DNA of 64,000 nucleotides. Origin: a virus. The translations under genes were made by a program, and so were the position numbers. Each line of letters begins with the position of its first letter. Position 1 is the first letter of the stretch. The stretch is from IMG/VR virus record IMGVR_UViG_3300008954_000007. One strand, written 5' to 3'. The notes below the pieces were generated by a model. The model made no database searches, was not told the origin of the DNA, and saw nothing but the letters and a program-made list of their open reading frames with translations. Below, piece after piece: positions 31,692 to 41,693 of the stretch.

Positions 31692-32033
31692 ATGTTAAAA
31701 ACTAGCGAAAGTGAAGCTAAGATTCAAATAGGGGTGTCTAAGGCTTTTTCTAAAAAGCTTTATGAAGAGGGTGGTGAGGATCTTTTAGATCGTGTAAATA
31801 GGGAGTCTTTTAATTTATTAGTTGGTACTTCACCAAGCAACTATAGATTAAGGATGTTGAATGAAACAGGACTACATTATTTTTCAGGAAAGGATGCTTT
31901 GAGAATGGGAGATCCTATTTTAGCTAAAGCAAAAAGTTATCAGGAGATATTATATCTAAGAGGGTATTCCATAGAGGATGCTACAAAGGTTACACAAAGA
32001 ACATTTAAGTTGGATAAGGTTGGTAGAATCTAA
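31692..32033 (+). CDS. Hypothetical protein (start revised)
   Basis: AGGAG RBS before in-frame ATG 31692, downstream of the promoter. Confidence 0.65.
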   Translation: MLKTSESEAKIQIGVSKAFSKKLYEEGGEDLLDRVNRESFNLLVGTSPSNYRLRMLNETGLHYFSGKDALRMGDPILAKAKSYQEILYLRGYSIEDATKVTQRTFKLDKVGRI

Positions 32034-32034
32034 G

Positions 32035-32901
32035 ATGAATAGAAAGATTACGTCTATTGGGATGAAAAATTTTCAAAGTTGGGAAGATGGAGAGGTTTTG
32101 TTTGAAAATTTTAATGTCTTAGAAGGCAAATCTAATTCAGGGAAGAGTGCTGTAGTAAGAGCTATATCTATGGTAATTAATGATGATTGGGATTCATCTT
32201 GGCTCAGAAAGGGTGAGTCTATTACTACAGCAGACTTATCTTTTTCAGATGGATTAAGGATTGTTAGATCTAGGGGATCTGTTAATAACATTTTAGTTTA
32301 TAGAGATAGTGTGTTAACAGATAACTTCAGTGATTTTGGTAAGAACTATCCAGAAGAGATGGACAAGATACTGAATACAGACGATTACAATATTGCGAAT
32401 CAGTTTGATGGTCATTTTTTCATTAGTTTAAGTCCAAACAAACGTGCTCAAATTTTAGGTAAGTTTTCTGACTTAGGAAGAATTGATTCCCTTTTGAGTG
32501 AGAACCAAAGAATACTAAGGCAATCAAATAGTAATGCTAAGTTTTTAGAAGAAAGTCAATTAGAGTTAGAGCATGAACTATTGATGGTTAAAGATATTGG
32601 TAAATCATTACCAAGTAGCAAAGAGTTAAAGGAGTTAAATGAACTGATAGATGAGACAAAGGTCTTATCAGATAGGCTTGATAAAATAAACCAACTAATA
32701 GAGGTTGATAGTGTATTGTCTTTAAGTGATGGTTTATTTTTAGCAGAAAATCTTTATCAGGAGTGTCAGTTATTAGTTAGGCAATTAGCTGTATTAAAGT
32801 TCCAAAGAGATATCACTAATATTTCTGAAAATATAGCTACCTTGCAAAATAAGATAGAGGGTCAGATATGCCCTATTTGCGATAGAGAGATAAATTTTTA
32901 G
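32035..32901 (+). CDS. SbcC/Rad50-like ATPase, N-terminal half only
   Basis: MKNFQSW, Walker A GKSNSGKS, Q-loop, coiled coil, terminal CPIC zinc hook. No Walker B or ABC signature. Confidence 0.85.
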   Translation: MNRKITSIGMKNFQSWEDGEVLFENFNVLEGKSNSGKSAVVRAISMVINDDWDSSWLRKGESITTADLSFSDGLRIVRSRGSVNNILVYRDSVLTDNFSDFGKNYPEEMDKILNTDDYNIANQFDGHFFISLSPNKRAQILGKFSDLGRIDSLLSENQRILRQSNSNAKFLEESQLELEHELLMVKDIGKSLPSSKELKELNELIDETKVLSDRLDKINQLIEVDSVLSLSDGLFLAENLYQECQLLVRQLAVLKFQRDITNISENIATLQNKIEGQICPICDREINF

Positions 32902-32910
32902 GAGATATAG

Positions 32911-33738
32911 ATGCAAAATAAGCTTGTCAATTTGAAGGATAATGAGATCCCTTCATTGTGGAGATTTGTTCTTCAACTAGAGGATAGGGTTGCTGAATTA
33001 GAGAATGGAAAAGGAAAAACACCTCTAGAAAATGAAGTAAGTGCTTTTGATGATTTGAAAAATTTTGAGAACCCTAATCAGGGTGGAAAAACCTTGATGG
33101 AAACATTTTTTGATAAAGCAGAAGAATCTTTAGAGGGTTCACCTGTAGATGATAATACATCAGGAGATGTTATTCAGGATATTGAGGAGAAAAGTATTAG
33201 CTCTAGGGAGTTAAACCCTATAGAGGATAGGTATTTTATCCCTCATATTATTTCTAATAGCATATATAGGTTGCCTAGTGTAGATTACTTCATGGATAGC
33301 CACTTTAAATGCCTTAAACAAAGAAAGATTGAACATGATCCCATATGTGATTTTTGTCATCTACAGGCTATGCATGTATCTCATAAATCATATCAAAATT
33401 TAAATAATGAAAGTTTTGAGGACTTATGGTCTTTGTGTGATTGGCACTTTAGAGAAGTAAGTGAAGTAGTAGAGGTAAATGGAAAACCACCACACCCCCC
33501 ATTTTCACCAAAGTGGTTGGTTGTTTCACCTACAGGTCATACTTTTCAGGTTATTTCATTAAAGAAATTTGCTGTATCTAACAAACTTCATGGTGGAACT
33601 TTAGGAAGATTGGCTGCAGGTAAACAACAGGATTATAAAGGGGGGTGGAAGTGTTATGGTTTTGCTAGTTATATCACCAACCTATATGCTCAACAACCTG
33701 GTAGTACTCCAATATTTGTTGATAGTGAGGGCATGTAG
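32911..33738 (+). CDS. HNH-like protein with C-terminal NUMOD-like DNA-binding domain
   Basis: CDFC..HVSH..LC.WH, and SPTG...LKKFA...L...KGGWKC. Confidence 0.5.
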   Translation: MQNKLVNLKDNEIPSLWRFVLQLEDRVAELENGKGKTPLENEVSAFDDLKNFENPNQGGKTLMETFFDKAEESLEGSPVDDNTSGDVIQDIEEKSISSRELNPIEDRYFIPHIISNSIYRLPSVDYFMDSHFKCLKQRKIEHDPICDFCHLQAMHVSHKSYQNLNNESFEDLWSLCDWHFREVSEVVEVNGKPPHPPFSPKWLVVSPTGHTFQVISLKKFAVSNKLHGGTLGRLAAGKQQDYKGGWKCYGFASYITNLYAQQPGSTPIFVDSEGM

Positions 33739-34040
33739 TGGCTAGAAACATAACCATAGAGTATCCAGTGTCCTTGCCATATTATTTTATTTCTTTTGTA
33801 AGGGATAAGAAAAATAAAGATGTGGAGATTCTTTTTAGGGATAAATTAGGGTGGAAAGGAAAACTGATTTATTCCCAGGAAGAAAATGCCTTAACCTGGA
33901 GAAGCATGATTTTTTGGTGGTCAGTAATGAAAAGTAAATTTAGAACTGCGCTATTGAATTGTCATAGTGTTGATGAAAAAAGGCAATGTATGTTAAAAGG
34001 ATTTAAGAAAAGGTTTGGTATTGAAAGTGTCAATGATTAA
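33738..34040 (+). CDS. Hypothetical protein
   Basis: Coupled ORF with RBS. Confidence 0.55.
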   Translation: MARNITIEYPVSLPYYFISFVRDKKNKDVEILFRDKLGWKGKLIYSQEENALTWRSMIFWWSVMKSKFRTALLNCHSVDEKRQCMLKGFKKRFGIESVND

Positions 34041-34290
34041 GATAGAGGAATATAAAAAGATAGTTGAGACAATGTCTCAACTATCCACTGATCTTCTTTG
34101 TTTAGCTGAAAATGAAGATATTATTATAGCTAAGGTAAAACTTACTAAATTAGAAAGTTTGATTAGTTCTAGTCATCATGAGTTAAATAAGTTAACTTAT
34201 CAGCTAGAAAAGTTTTATTTGGGCAATATTACCCATGATCCCTTAAAGGATAATTTTAAAAAAGTAGATGAGATGTATGGTAGTACCTGA
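34033..34290 (+). CDS. Hypothetical protein
   Basis: ORF in the operon, ATG start overlapping the previous gene end. Confidence 0.5.
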   Translation: MIKIEEYKKIVETMSQLSTDLLCLAENEDIIIAKVKLTKLESLISSSHHELNKLTYQLEKFYLGNITHDPLKDNFKKVDEMYGST

Positions 34291-34336
34291 TCTCAAAACT
34301 AGCAATAGTTATTGCTAAATTAATAATGATGTAAGG

Positions 34337-35251
34337 ATGATATTAACTATGATAGAAGAAAGATGGATAGATACTAAGACTTCAGTAGGAAGAGAAGCTA
34401 GGGAAATTAAAGATGATCTTCCCTCAATGGTGATGAGTGGTTGGTTCAACAAATATGAAGCCCAAAAGTTGCATGTAATGTTCAATAATGGAGACATAGC
34501 AGGTTTTTTACATGAGTGGAGAACACTATATAGAGAAGTGAAGCTTTATCCCAGGTGTAGTGTAGTTCTTTCTTATGATAGTGAAAGAGGTGAAAGAACT
34601 AGTGAAACCCTTGGTTTTCACCCTAAGTGGGATGCTAAGACCTATAAGCAAAGAGTTACAGTTAGAAAATGGGCAGTTTATACTTATGGTGTTGATTTAG
34701 ATAAGGTTGAACTTAGGAAAACTTCTTCATCATCTCATAAAAACAGCAACCTTAGTTCAGGGGAATTGAGTGAGATCTATCAGCCCTTTGTAGATGAGAG
34801 AGAAATTGAAAGAAAACTGTGGGGAAAAGAGAAAAACCCTCAATCTTATAGCAAATTTGGTAGGAAAGTTTCAACACCTACGAACAAATTATATTGGAAA
34901 GTTTGTAGTTTATATAATTCAGAAGATCTTCCATATCAGCCAAATTGTAGGGTAGTAAGTTTTGACACTAATGATCTTTTAACAATGAGTAGTGATGAGT
35001 TGTTAGAAGAAATACCACATAAGACAATTTTAAATCATTTTTTAGATAATGATGCTGTTAATTATCAACCCTTTGATGAATATCAAACATTAGAGATTGA
35101 TAATTTCTGGAAGGAAGTAGATGAAGAAGAAAGTAAAGTCCTTAATTTCAATAGGGGATATAGAGTAGGTTGGGGTGATGTAAATGGTCAGTCCAAACTA
35201 GAATGTTTTCAAGAAGAAATATTAGAAAAAGAGGTGTATTTTGGATATTAA
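34337..35251 (+). CDS. Hypothetical protein
   Basis: 304-aa ORF. Confidence 0.7.
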   Translation: MILTMIEERWIDTKTSVGREAREIKDDLPSMVMSGWFNKYEAQKLHVMFNNGDIAGFLHEWRTLYREVKLYPRCSVVLSYDSERGERTSETLGFHPKWDAKTYKQRVTVRKWAVYTYGVDLDKVELRKTSSSSHKNSNLSSGELSEIYQPFVDEREIERKLWGKEKNPQSYSKFGRKVSTPTNKLYWKVCSLYNSEDLPYQPNCRVVSFDTNDLLTMSSDELLEEIPHKTILNHFLDNDAVNYQPFDEYQTLEIDNFWKEVDEEESKVLNFNRGYRVGWGDVNGQSKLECFQEEILEKEVYFGY

Positions 35252-35498
35252 AGTAGAAGTTAAGGTTTATAACCCAGGATGTAATGTAAGTGTTACAGTT
35301 AAGGATCTCCCTGAGAATATGACAGGATATCTGAAAGAAGATGGTTCTGTTGTACCAGAGGTACAGATAGATGGTGTATTTTTTCAAGTAATGGAATCTA
35401 TTGTTAAGGATGTAGTGGAAATAATTAACAATCGTGAGTTGAATAAAAACTCTAATGTAAAATTAGTAAAAGAAGGGTTTGAAGCTAGTTTAGATTAA
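35241..35498 (+). CDS. Hypothetical protein
   Basis: GAGGTG RBS before a TTG start. Confidence 0.6.
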   Translation: MDIKVEVKVYNPGCNVSVTVKDLPENMTGYLKEDGSVVPEVQIDGVFFQVMESIVKDVVEIINNRELNKNSNVKLVKEGFEASLD

Positions 35499-35502
35499 TC
35501 AC

Positions 35503-36402
35503 ATGAAGATACTTTTCTTTACAGACACACACATCACTTCTACTACACCAAGTGGTAGGAGTGATGATTATGTAAGTAAAATTTCTTCTAAATTAGAAGA
35601 AATATCAGGACGAAGTTCTGAAGTAGATCTCATCTTAAATGCAGGAGATATTTTCCATAGAGCAAAACCTAATCTTCAAGAAATTTCTATTTTAGTAAAT
35701 TTTAGCATGGGTCTTAAGTGTCCAATGTATACATGTGCAGGGAATCATGATTTGATTGGATATAACTATGAGAGATTGTCTGACACAGGAATAGGGTTAA
35801 GCTCAAGATTCCTAAATAAAATAAATTTAATAACACCAAAAGACAATTATGTCGAATTAGATAGTGGTGTTCATCTACATCATATTGGCATGAGTTCTGG
35901 CTCAGTGGCTAAGGAATTTATGGTTCAAAGAAGAGAAGGAGCTAATATAGGATTGGTTCATGACATGTTAGTTGAAGAGCCACTTTTTGAAGATCACATT
36001 TTATTAAAGGACTTCAAGACTAACTTAGATATAGTCTTTAGTGGTCATTATCACATGGGTTATAGATCTCAGAAAATAAATGGTAGAGGGTTTGTTAATC
36101 CAGGTTCCATGATGAGGATGACTAGAAAGAAAGAAGACATGGAAAGGATACCTAAGTACGTTATCTTAGAAGTTTCACCTAAGCAGTGGAAGATTTTAGA
36201 AGAGGTTACATTCCAAGTGTATGAAGCAAATGTATTTATTGAGAACATCGAAGATGAAATACAACCATTCTTTGATTCAATAGATACATCACAAGCAATT
36301 GGTATTTCAGCTATTGAGTTTTTAGAGCAACGTGCTGAAGAGATGTTGAGTGAAACAGCTAAAGTTAAGTTTAAAGAACTAAGGAGAACAGTAGAACTTT
36401 GA
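35503..36402 (+). CDS. SbcD/Mre11-like metallophosphoesterase nuclease
   Basis: DTH, GDIFH, GNHD, HD, GHYH and NPGS motifs. Confidence 0.9.
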   Translation: MKILFFTDTHITSTTPSGRSDDYVSKISSKLEEISGRSSEVDLILNAGDIFHRAKPNLQEISILVNFSMGLKCPMYTCAGNHDLIGYNYERLSDTGIGLSSRFLNKINLITPKDNYVELDSGVHLHHIGMSSGSVAKEFMVQRREGANIGLVHDMLVEEPLFEDHILLKDFKTNLDIVFSGHYHMGYRSQKINGRGFVNPGSMMRMTRKKEDMERIPKYVILEVSPKQWKILEEVTFQVYEANVFIENIEDEIQPFFDSIDTSQAIGISAIEFLEQRAEEMLSETAKVKFKELRRTVEL

Positions 36403-36788
36403 AAGTAGTAAAAGACCTCAATAAGTTGTGGTTATTGAATTTGAATACCAATATGTATACATGTTATGATCATGATAAATTTGGCAATAGAATTCTTATA
36501 GGTGAATATTCTAAAAAGGATGTTAAAAGAGAGGAAAGATCTTCTTTTGAAGATGCTAAAAAGTCTCTGAATGGTCATTCATATAAGGGTGTTACCCTTC
36601 ACAAGAGGTCTTATGAAAATGGAGCCAAAAATTTTTGGCATTCAAAATTGCATTTACCTACTAAAAATGGAAAAAGAAAAAGTGTTCATGTAGGTACTTT
36701 TAGAACATCTGAAGAAGCAGCTATTGCTTGGAATAATGCTGTTATAGAAGCAGGTCTTGAATCTGTTAAAGGTCTTAATAAGGTTTAG
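36399..36788 (+). CDS. AP2-domain DNA-binding protein
   Basis: SYKGV...W...HVGTFRTSEEAAIAWNNA. Confidence 0.8.
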   Translation: MKVVKDLNKLWLLNLNTNMYTCYDHDKFGNRILIGEYSKKDVKREERSSFEDAKKSLNGHSYKGVTLHKRSYENGAKNFWHSKLHLPTKNGKRKSVHVGTFRTSEEAAIAWNNAVIEAGLESVKGLNKV

Positions 36789-36799
36789 GAGTATGGTAT

Positions 36800-37156
36800 A
36801 TGAGCATATATGATCAATTCATGTCTGACATGAATGATATTGCTGCATTACTAAAAGCTAGGGAAAATAAATATAAGGGCAAAGGTCTTTATAGGGATGG
36901 CACTAAGATGTCTTCTAATTTACCCAATAGCTATCGTTTATCAACAGATAAGAATAAGAGTTGTAAAAACTGCTCTTCTTATTCTACAGATAATCAACAA
37001 AGGTGCTCTAAGTGGAATGCTGTTGTTAGAGCAGAATATATCTGCAGAGATTGGCGTAGTTCTAGGCTTAATAAGCCTAAAGAGAATGAACCAAAGAAGC
37101 CATCTATTGGTGGAAATTCTCCAGATTTAACTAATGATACATCTATGACAACATAG
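36800..37156 (+). CDS. Protein with a HiPIP-like four-Cys domain
   Basis: YR...CKNC..Y...C.KW...V...YIC..W. Confidence 0.5.
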   Translation: MSIYDQFMSDMNDIAALLKARENKYKGKGLYRDGTKMSSNLPNSYRLSTDKNKSCKNCSSYSTDNQQRCSKWNAVVRAEYICRDWRSSRLNKPKENEPKKPSIGGNSPDLTNDTSMTT

Positions 37157-37170
37157 ATGGGGGTAGCATT

Positions 37171-37413
37171 ATGGGTATAGTGGGTTCTGTAGTAGCATTT
37201 GTGACAGCGCAAAAACTGGCACAAGAAGAGGCAAGGAAGAAGAAGTCAGCTAGGAAAAAACCTAGTAAGGGTCTTAGGATACCAGTAGCTCCACCTACTG
37301 AAAGACATTCTGCCAAGAAAGGTACTGGTTATAATAGGAAGAAATCTAAGCAAGAAGCATCTAGAGAAATAGATGTTGGAATAAAAGAGGCAATGGATCT
37401 TGAAAAACTCTAA
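37171..37413 (+). CDS. Small basic protein with an ArfA-like motif
   Basis: RIPVAPPTERHSAKKGTGYNRKK. Confidence 0.45.
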   Translation: MGIVGSVVAFVTAQKLAQEEARKKKSARKKPSKGLRIPVAPPTERHSAKKGTGYNRKKSKQEASREIDVGIKEAMDLEKL

Positions 37414-37525
37414 GAAAAAGAAACCTTTTTATAGCTTTACTTCTAGAAAGAAAAAGGACAAGCCCAAGATTAAGGAAGAGCATAATCCCAAGGATTGTAG
37501 TAAAAAGTGTAAGTGTGAGAAGTAG
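37400..37525 (+). CDS. 41-aa Lys-rich peptide, not in the ORF track
   Basis: TTG start after GAGG, fills an operon gap. Confidence 0.4.
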   Translation: MKNSKKKKPFYSFTSRKKKDKPKIKEEHNPKDCSKKCKCEK

Positions 37526-37549
37526 TTGCCAGTAAGCAAGGAGCTTTTA

Positions 37550-37675
37550 ATGCCAGTACATAAGGTTAAAGGTGGGTATAAATGGGGTAGCAAAGGGAAG
37601 GTATATAGGAGAAAAGGTGATGCTGTTAAGCAAGGTAAGGCTATTCAAGCCAGCAGGAGAAAGAAAAAGAAATGA
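37550..37675 (+). CDS. 41-aa basic phage protein MPVHKVKGGYKWGSKGKVY..., not in the ORF track
   Basis: AAGGAG RBS, ATGA coupling to the next gene, resembles a recurrent small phage protein. Confidence 0.75.
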   Translation: MPVHKVKGGYKWGSKGKVYRRKGDAVKQGKAIQASRRKKKK

Positions 37676-38106
37676 ATCAAAAACTTAAGGATCTAGGGTT
37701 CCAAGAAGTTAAGGTTGGATCATCTAAGGATTACATAAGTATAGATCAATATGGCTCCATTTCTTTTTCAGGAAGATTGCGTAGAGAACTCAGTATTAAA
37801 AAGACTGAAAGTGCCTCTATTTATTTCAACCCTGATGGTGGACAGTTAGCTATACATATTGGTAGGTTTGATAGAAAGAAAAATAGTGATATGTTAATCC
37901 TTAACATAGAGCCTGATTTAACCATCAGGGCCAAAGAGGAGTTGATAGCTATAGAAGATGAATATGCAGGATACCATTTATTACCTCAAGGGGCTTCAAC
38001 ACATAGCCTAGAAGACGTTGAAATAGAAAATGTGAGCTTACCCCCTGATCCCCACTCAAGAATGGTTCTAGTGGGTCTTAAGAAAGATAAAACGCCATTC
38101 AGGTGA
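37672..38106 (+). CDS. Hypothetical protein
   Basis: Coupled ORF. Confidence 0.65.
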   Translation: MNQKLKDLGFQEVKVGSSKDYISIDQYGSISFSGRLRRELSIKKTESASIYFNPDGGQLAIHIGRFDRKKNSDMLILNIEPDLTIRAKEELIAIEDEYAGYHLLPQGASTHSLEDVEIENVSLPPDPHSRMVLVGLKKDKTPFR

Positions 38107-38109
38107 TCT

Positions 38110-38199
38110 ATGTTAAAAAGATTTATAGCGTTCATATTGTGCTGTGCTATATGGTGTATGCTTTTTTTTTATTGTTTATCAAACTTTGGAATGCATTAA
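38110..38199 (+). CDS. 29-aa single-TM peptide, not in the ORF track
   Basis: AGGTGA RBS, MLKRFIAFILCCAIWCMLFFYCLSNFGMH. Confidence 0.45.
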   Translation: MLKRFIAFILCCAIWCMLFFYCLSNFGMH

Positions 38200-38210
38200 C
38201 CCCATTTAAT

Positions 38211-38239
38211 TTGCAATAACTACATAAGTATGATATAAT
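38211..38239 (+). promoter_or_regulatory. Sigma70-type promoter
   Basis: TTGCAA-N17-TATAAT with extended TG. Confidence 0.8.
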
Positions 38240-38266
38240 TATGATAGGTTGAAAAAAGGAGTCAAC

Positions 38267-39019
38267 ATGGCAAGGAAGAGAAGAAAGAACAGAAAGAGAA
38301 TGGTCAAGTCTAGTACTTCAAAAACCATTAGTGTTGATAGGTATACTGATCTTGAAGATTGTGAGTTATATATTGTAGATAGATTAACTTCTATAGACTG
38401 TGATCTCACCAAAGGGGTTATTAAGTTTTTACAACCAGAAGATTCAGAAGAGTTTGATTGCTCAATTAATATGAGTCAGGTTGATAGTGCTAGAAAACTT
38501 TTGCAAATGATATTTTTCTTAGCAAACAATGAAGCATTTACCAAGAAGCACATTTTTGATTTGATTCATGTGGCATCTCTAGATTCTTACAGCAAGGAAA
38601 GAGATAAGGTCTTAAATGATCTCTATCGTGGTTTTAGGCATGTTGTTCTCTCTAAAGACAATATAATGAAAAACCATTATTTTTGGTGGATTGAGAAACA
38701 TGCTGATGATTTGAAAGAGAGTTTTTTTGATGGCAAAACTCCTGAAGAAATAGAGGAGTTAAGTGATGAAGGTCTTGATCCATCTGATGAAAGTAAATGT
38801 GGTGAAAGATATTTTTCATTTGTGGGGAGAAGTTGGGTTAGTTATTTAAATCGTCTTCCAAGTCACCTAATGAAAAATGATTCTGATATGGCTATGGTTT
38901 TTCAAGCTCAAGGAGATCCTCAAGAGGCAGAATCTGTTGAGGCTAATATTTATTTTGATAACATCTATTTTGATTATTCAGATGAAGACTTTAAGTCTTT
39001 AAAAAAGGAGTCAGCATGA
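38267..39019 (+). CDS. Hypothetical protein (start revised)
   Basis: AAAAAAGGAGTC RBS at 38252. Confidence 0.7.
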   Translation: MARKRRKNRKRMVKSSTSKTISVDRYTDLEDCELYIVDRLTSIDCDLTKGVIKFLQPEDSEEFDCSINMSQVDSARKLLQMIFFLANNEAFTKKHIFDLIHVASLDSYSKERDKVLNDLYRGFRHVVLSKDNIMKNHYFWWIEKHADDLKESFFDGKTPEEIEELSDEGLDPSDESKCGERYFSFVGRSWVSYLNRLPSHLMKNDSDMAMVFQAQGDPQEAESVEANIYFDNIYFDYSDEDFKSLKKESA

Positions 39020-39708
39020 CAGATAAATGGGATGTTAAAAGCTATCAAAAGAATAGGGAACTTGGCGTAATGCCAAACACCATCATGGATAGTAGGCTAA
39101 CTAATGTGTTGGATGATTATCTTGAAGACAGAGAAAAACAAGTTGCCATAACAACTAACATGGAACTGTCTGTATTGGATAGGGAAGATTACTTCTTGGG
39201 TAGGAAGAACTATAGGTTGTCACATAAATTTCCCTATAAAAGGGTTGATATATCTTATGATACTTATACTCCTTGGGAAGATGATAAGTCTATTTATGAG
39301 CTTAAAAACTCTACAGAATATCGTGACGAAGACACAGAAACATTCTTCATTAAAAGCACAATGACCAATAAGATTCTTGTACAAAGATTAATGATTCTTG
39401 TAATTGAAGATGTGTTTTTTCTTGATGAAGAAGTTGAGGATTGCTTCAAGTATTTTACAGAAGCTAAGGTGACCTATAATTTTAAGTATTCCAATAGAAA
39501 TAATTTTGAACTTAAGTATGATAGGGAATATGATAAGTTAGCTGAAGGGTATTTTGATTTTGATTCCTATTGGAGCAATAGAGATGAGATAGATTGTGAC
39601 CATAATAGTTTTGAAATTGAGACTTTAACTGATAGTTCTTTTGAGTCAAAAGTTCAGCATTATGATTGGAATTGGAAATTAAATAAAGATGTTAGGAGTT
39701 TGTTTTAG
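39016..39708 (+). CDS. Acidic hypothetical protein
   Basis: Same RBS at 39001. Confidence 0.7.
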   Translation: MTDKWDVKSYQKNRELGVMPNTIMDSRLTNVLDDYLEDREKQVAITTNMELSVLDREDYFLGRKNYRLSHKFPYKRVDISYDTYTPWEDDKSIYELKNSTEYRDEDTETFFIKSTMTNKILVQRLMILVIEDVFFLDEEVEDCFKYFTEAKVTYNFKYSNRNNFELKYDREYDKLAEGYFDFDSYWSNRDEIDCDHNSFEIETLTDSSFESKVQHYDWNWKLNKDVRSLF

Positions 39709-39746
39709 GGAGTTAACTTAAACAAATGAAAAAAAAAGGAGTCAAA

Positions 39747-40151
39747 GTGTCTCTCATAGGGATAAAACATCAACCACCAACCCCAAACCCTAATGGTGTA
39801 ATCAATGAAGAATTCATCCCTTATTTAAAAAGGGGGTTTAATCTAAATGAGGATGAAATTAAAGACTATAAAAGGTTGAGGAAAAGATCTTTAAAGATTT
39901 ACAACATCATTAAGAAAACAGGGGCGTGTAACGCACCAGATTCATATGGTAATTATGAAAGTTTTTTCTTTAGAGATGATGGAACTGAAATAGATTTCTT
40001 CTTGGGGAAAGAAGAAATATTACAGCAGATCATAGATTTTGAAGAAAAATTGGGTCTTTATAAGAAGATTTATGGAACAACTGATCCACCTTGTCATAGT
40101 GACTTGGAGTCTGTTCATTATGGTGAGAAGGATATAACGTTTTTTTGTTAA
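39747..40151 (+). CDS. Hypothetical protein (GTG start revised)
   Basis: Same RBS at 39732. Confidence 0.65.
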   Translation: MSLIGIKHQPPTPNPNGVINEEFIPYLKRGFNLNEDEIKDYKRLRKRSLKIYNIIKKTGACNAPDSYGNYESFFFRDDGTEIDFFLGKEEILQQIIDFEEKLGLYKKIYGTTDPPCHSDLESVHYGEKDITFFC

Positions 40152-40164
40152 AAAAGGAGTCTAA

Positions 40165-40422
40165 ATGGGATACTGGAGTGAAGTTCAGATAGAGTTAGAT
40201 GAAAAGGAATCAGAAAAAGAAGAAGCTATTAGTATGGGTTATGATGAAGACTATCTTTTTTCTTTGTTTGGGGATAATTGGGTTGAGTATGTAGATTTTT
40301 TTTATGAGTCAGATGAATATGATTATTCAATTTTTGAAGATAAGGCTACAGAATTAGAGAAAAAAGGCATAGCCCATTGGCAATTGGAAGAAAAAAAGGA
40401 GTCCATATGTCTGAGCAATTGA
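40165..40422 (+). CDS. Very acidic small protein
   Basis: Same RBS at 40150, rich in D/E and aromatics. Confidence 0.7.
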   Translation: MGYWSEVQIELDEKESEKEEAISMGYDEDYLFSLFGDNWVEYVDFFYESDEYDYSIFEDKATELEKKGIAHWQLEEKKESICLSN

Positions 40423-40889
40423 ACATTGAAGGTCTAATAGTATCAGAGGAAACCACAGTTTCTGAAGAGATTGAGGGAGAGGTTACTGAAGAAGAACCAA
40501 CGTTTTTGGATATGACCATCAGTCCAGAAACTGAATCTCTAATGGAAGAGATGAGATCTGGACATTCAGTTTATGATCACTCTACCAAGAAGGTTTATTT
40601 TAAGAAGCTACCATCTATTCCACCTATTGGAATTAGTGAGTTTGATTCAAAAAAGAAGTTAGTTGATTGGATCTTTTTTCTAACAGGTAAGAAGCAATGT
40701 ACAGTAAGAACTATTGATGATCTAGTCACTATTGCCAACTCTATCCACACTCTAAAGGTAGAGCACTGTCCTACTAAATTGCCAGTTGATTTGATGGCAA
40801 GAACAGAGGATATAAACACAACCTATAGCCATGATAGCTGGAGAGATGAAGAAGAAGATGATACTCCATGCAATCAAGGTTCTAACTAA
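40407..40889 (+). CDS. Hypothetical protein (start revised)
   Basis: Same RBS at 40392. Confidence 0.7.
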   Translation: MSEQLNIEGLIVSEETTVSEEIEGEVTEEEPTFLDMTISPETESLMEEMRSGHSVYDHSTKKVYFKKLPSIPPIGISEFDSKKKLVDWIFFLTGKKQCTVRTIDDLVTIANSIHTLKVEHCPTKLPVDLMARTEDINTTYSHDSWRDEEEDDTPCNQGSN

Positions 40890-41669
40890 ATGACTAAACT
40901 TAAACTTAGTGATTTGTTGTCTAAGGCTCCAATAAAAAATCCAACAGTTGGATTAGAGGGAGCATTATTGAATGAGTTATTTGATGCATTTGAGGATGGT
41001 AGAGTTTTTTCCTCTAAAAATGCGTTAAGTGTAGTGAAGAAGTATATGGATAAAAGATTGGATTATCTTGATCCATTTTATGATTTTAAAATGATGGGCA
41101 AAGTTAGTGAAAGATCTCAACAAACAAAATTGGGAAAACTAATGGCAAAATTGTCCAATAAGGATGTTTTTTCTACTAATGGTATTAAATATACATTGAT
41201 TAGTAGAAAGATTAATAATGGGAATAAATATAGGTTTATTCCACACAGAGTAAAAAAGGAGTCTTTAATGAAAATTAAAGCAGTTACAGACCAAGAAGCT
41301 TTAGAGCAGTATGAAGAAGCAGCCACTCAACAACCAGAAGAAGGGTTTACACCTGAAGTTATATCTGCATCACCTGAAAAGGTTATGTTTAGTAGCTTTC
41401 AGTATGACTTTGCTACTGGAACTATTCTTGTAGAAGAAGGAGAAGATATAGCCCTTCCTATACACATAGCTCTTAACAGGGAGATTTCACATACAGAGGA
41501 TATTGAAGGTAGAAAAGATGGCTCTGATGTGAGATGCGTAGATGTTTCATATATAACAGGTGCTACCACCAAAGATCAAGCTATCCAGACCATTATTTTG
41601 AAATTCACAAAAACTGGAAAACCTGGACAGTATTTTGATAGTGATGGTTGGCTACATTCAAAAAGTTAA
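40890..41669 (+). CDS. Hypothetical protein with an internal in-frame start at 41268
   Basis: Internal AAAAAAGGAGTC at 41252. Confidence 0.65.
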   Translation: MTKLKLSDLLSKAPIKNPTVGLEGALLNELFDAFEDGRVFSSKNALSVVKKYMDKRLDYLDPFYDFKMMGKVSERSQQTKLGKLMAKLSNKDVFSTNGIKYTLISRKINNGNKYRFIPHRVKKESLMKIKAVTDQEALEQYEEAATQQPEEGFTPEVISASPEKVMFSSFQYDFATGTILVEEGEDIALPIHIALNREISHTEDIEGRKDGSDVRCVDVSYITGATTKDQAIQTIILKFTKTGKPGQYFDSDGWLHSKS

Positions 41670-41693
41670 ATTCTGAAACGTCAGTATAACTGG

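Noticed and set aside
6257-32291. Short antisense and alternate-frame ORFs within long genes
   Set aside because: Shadow ORFs of well-supported genes.
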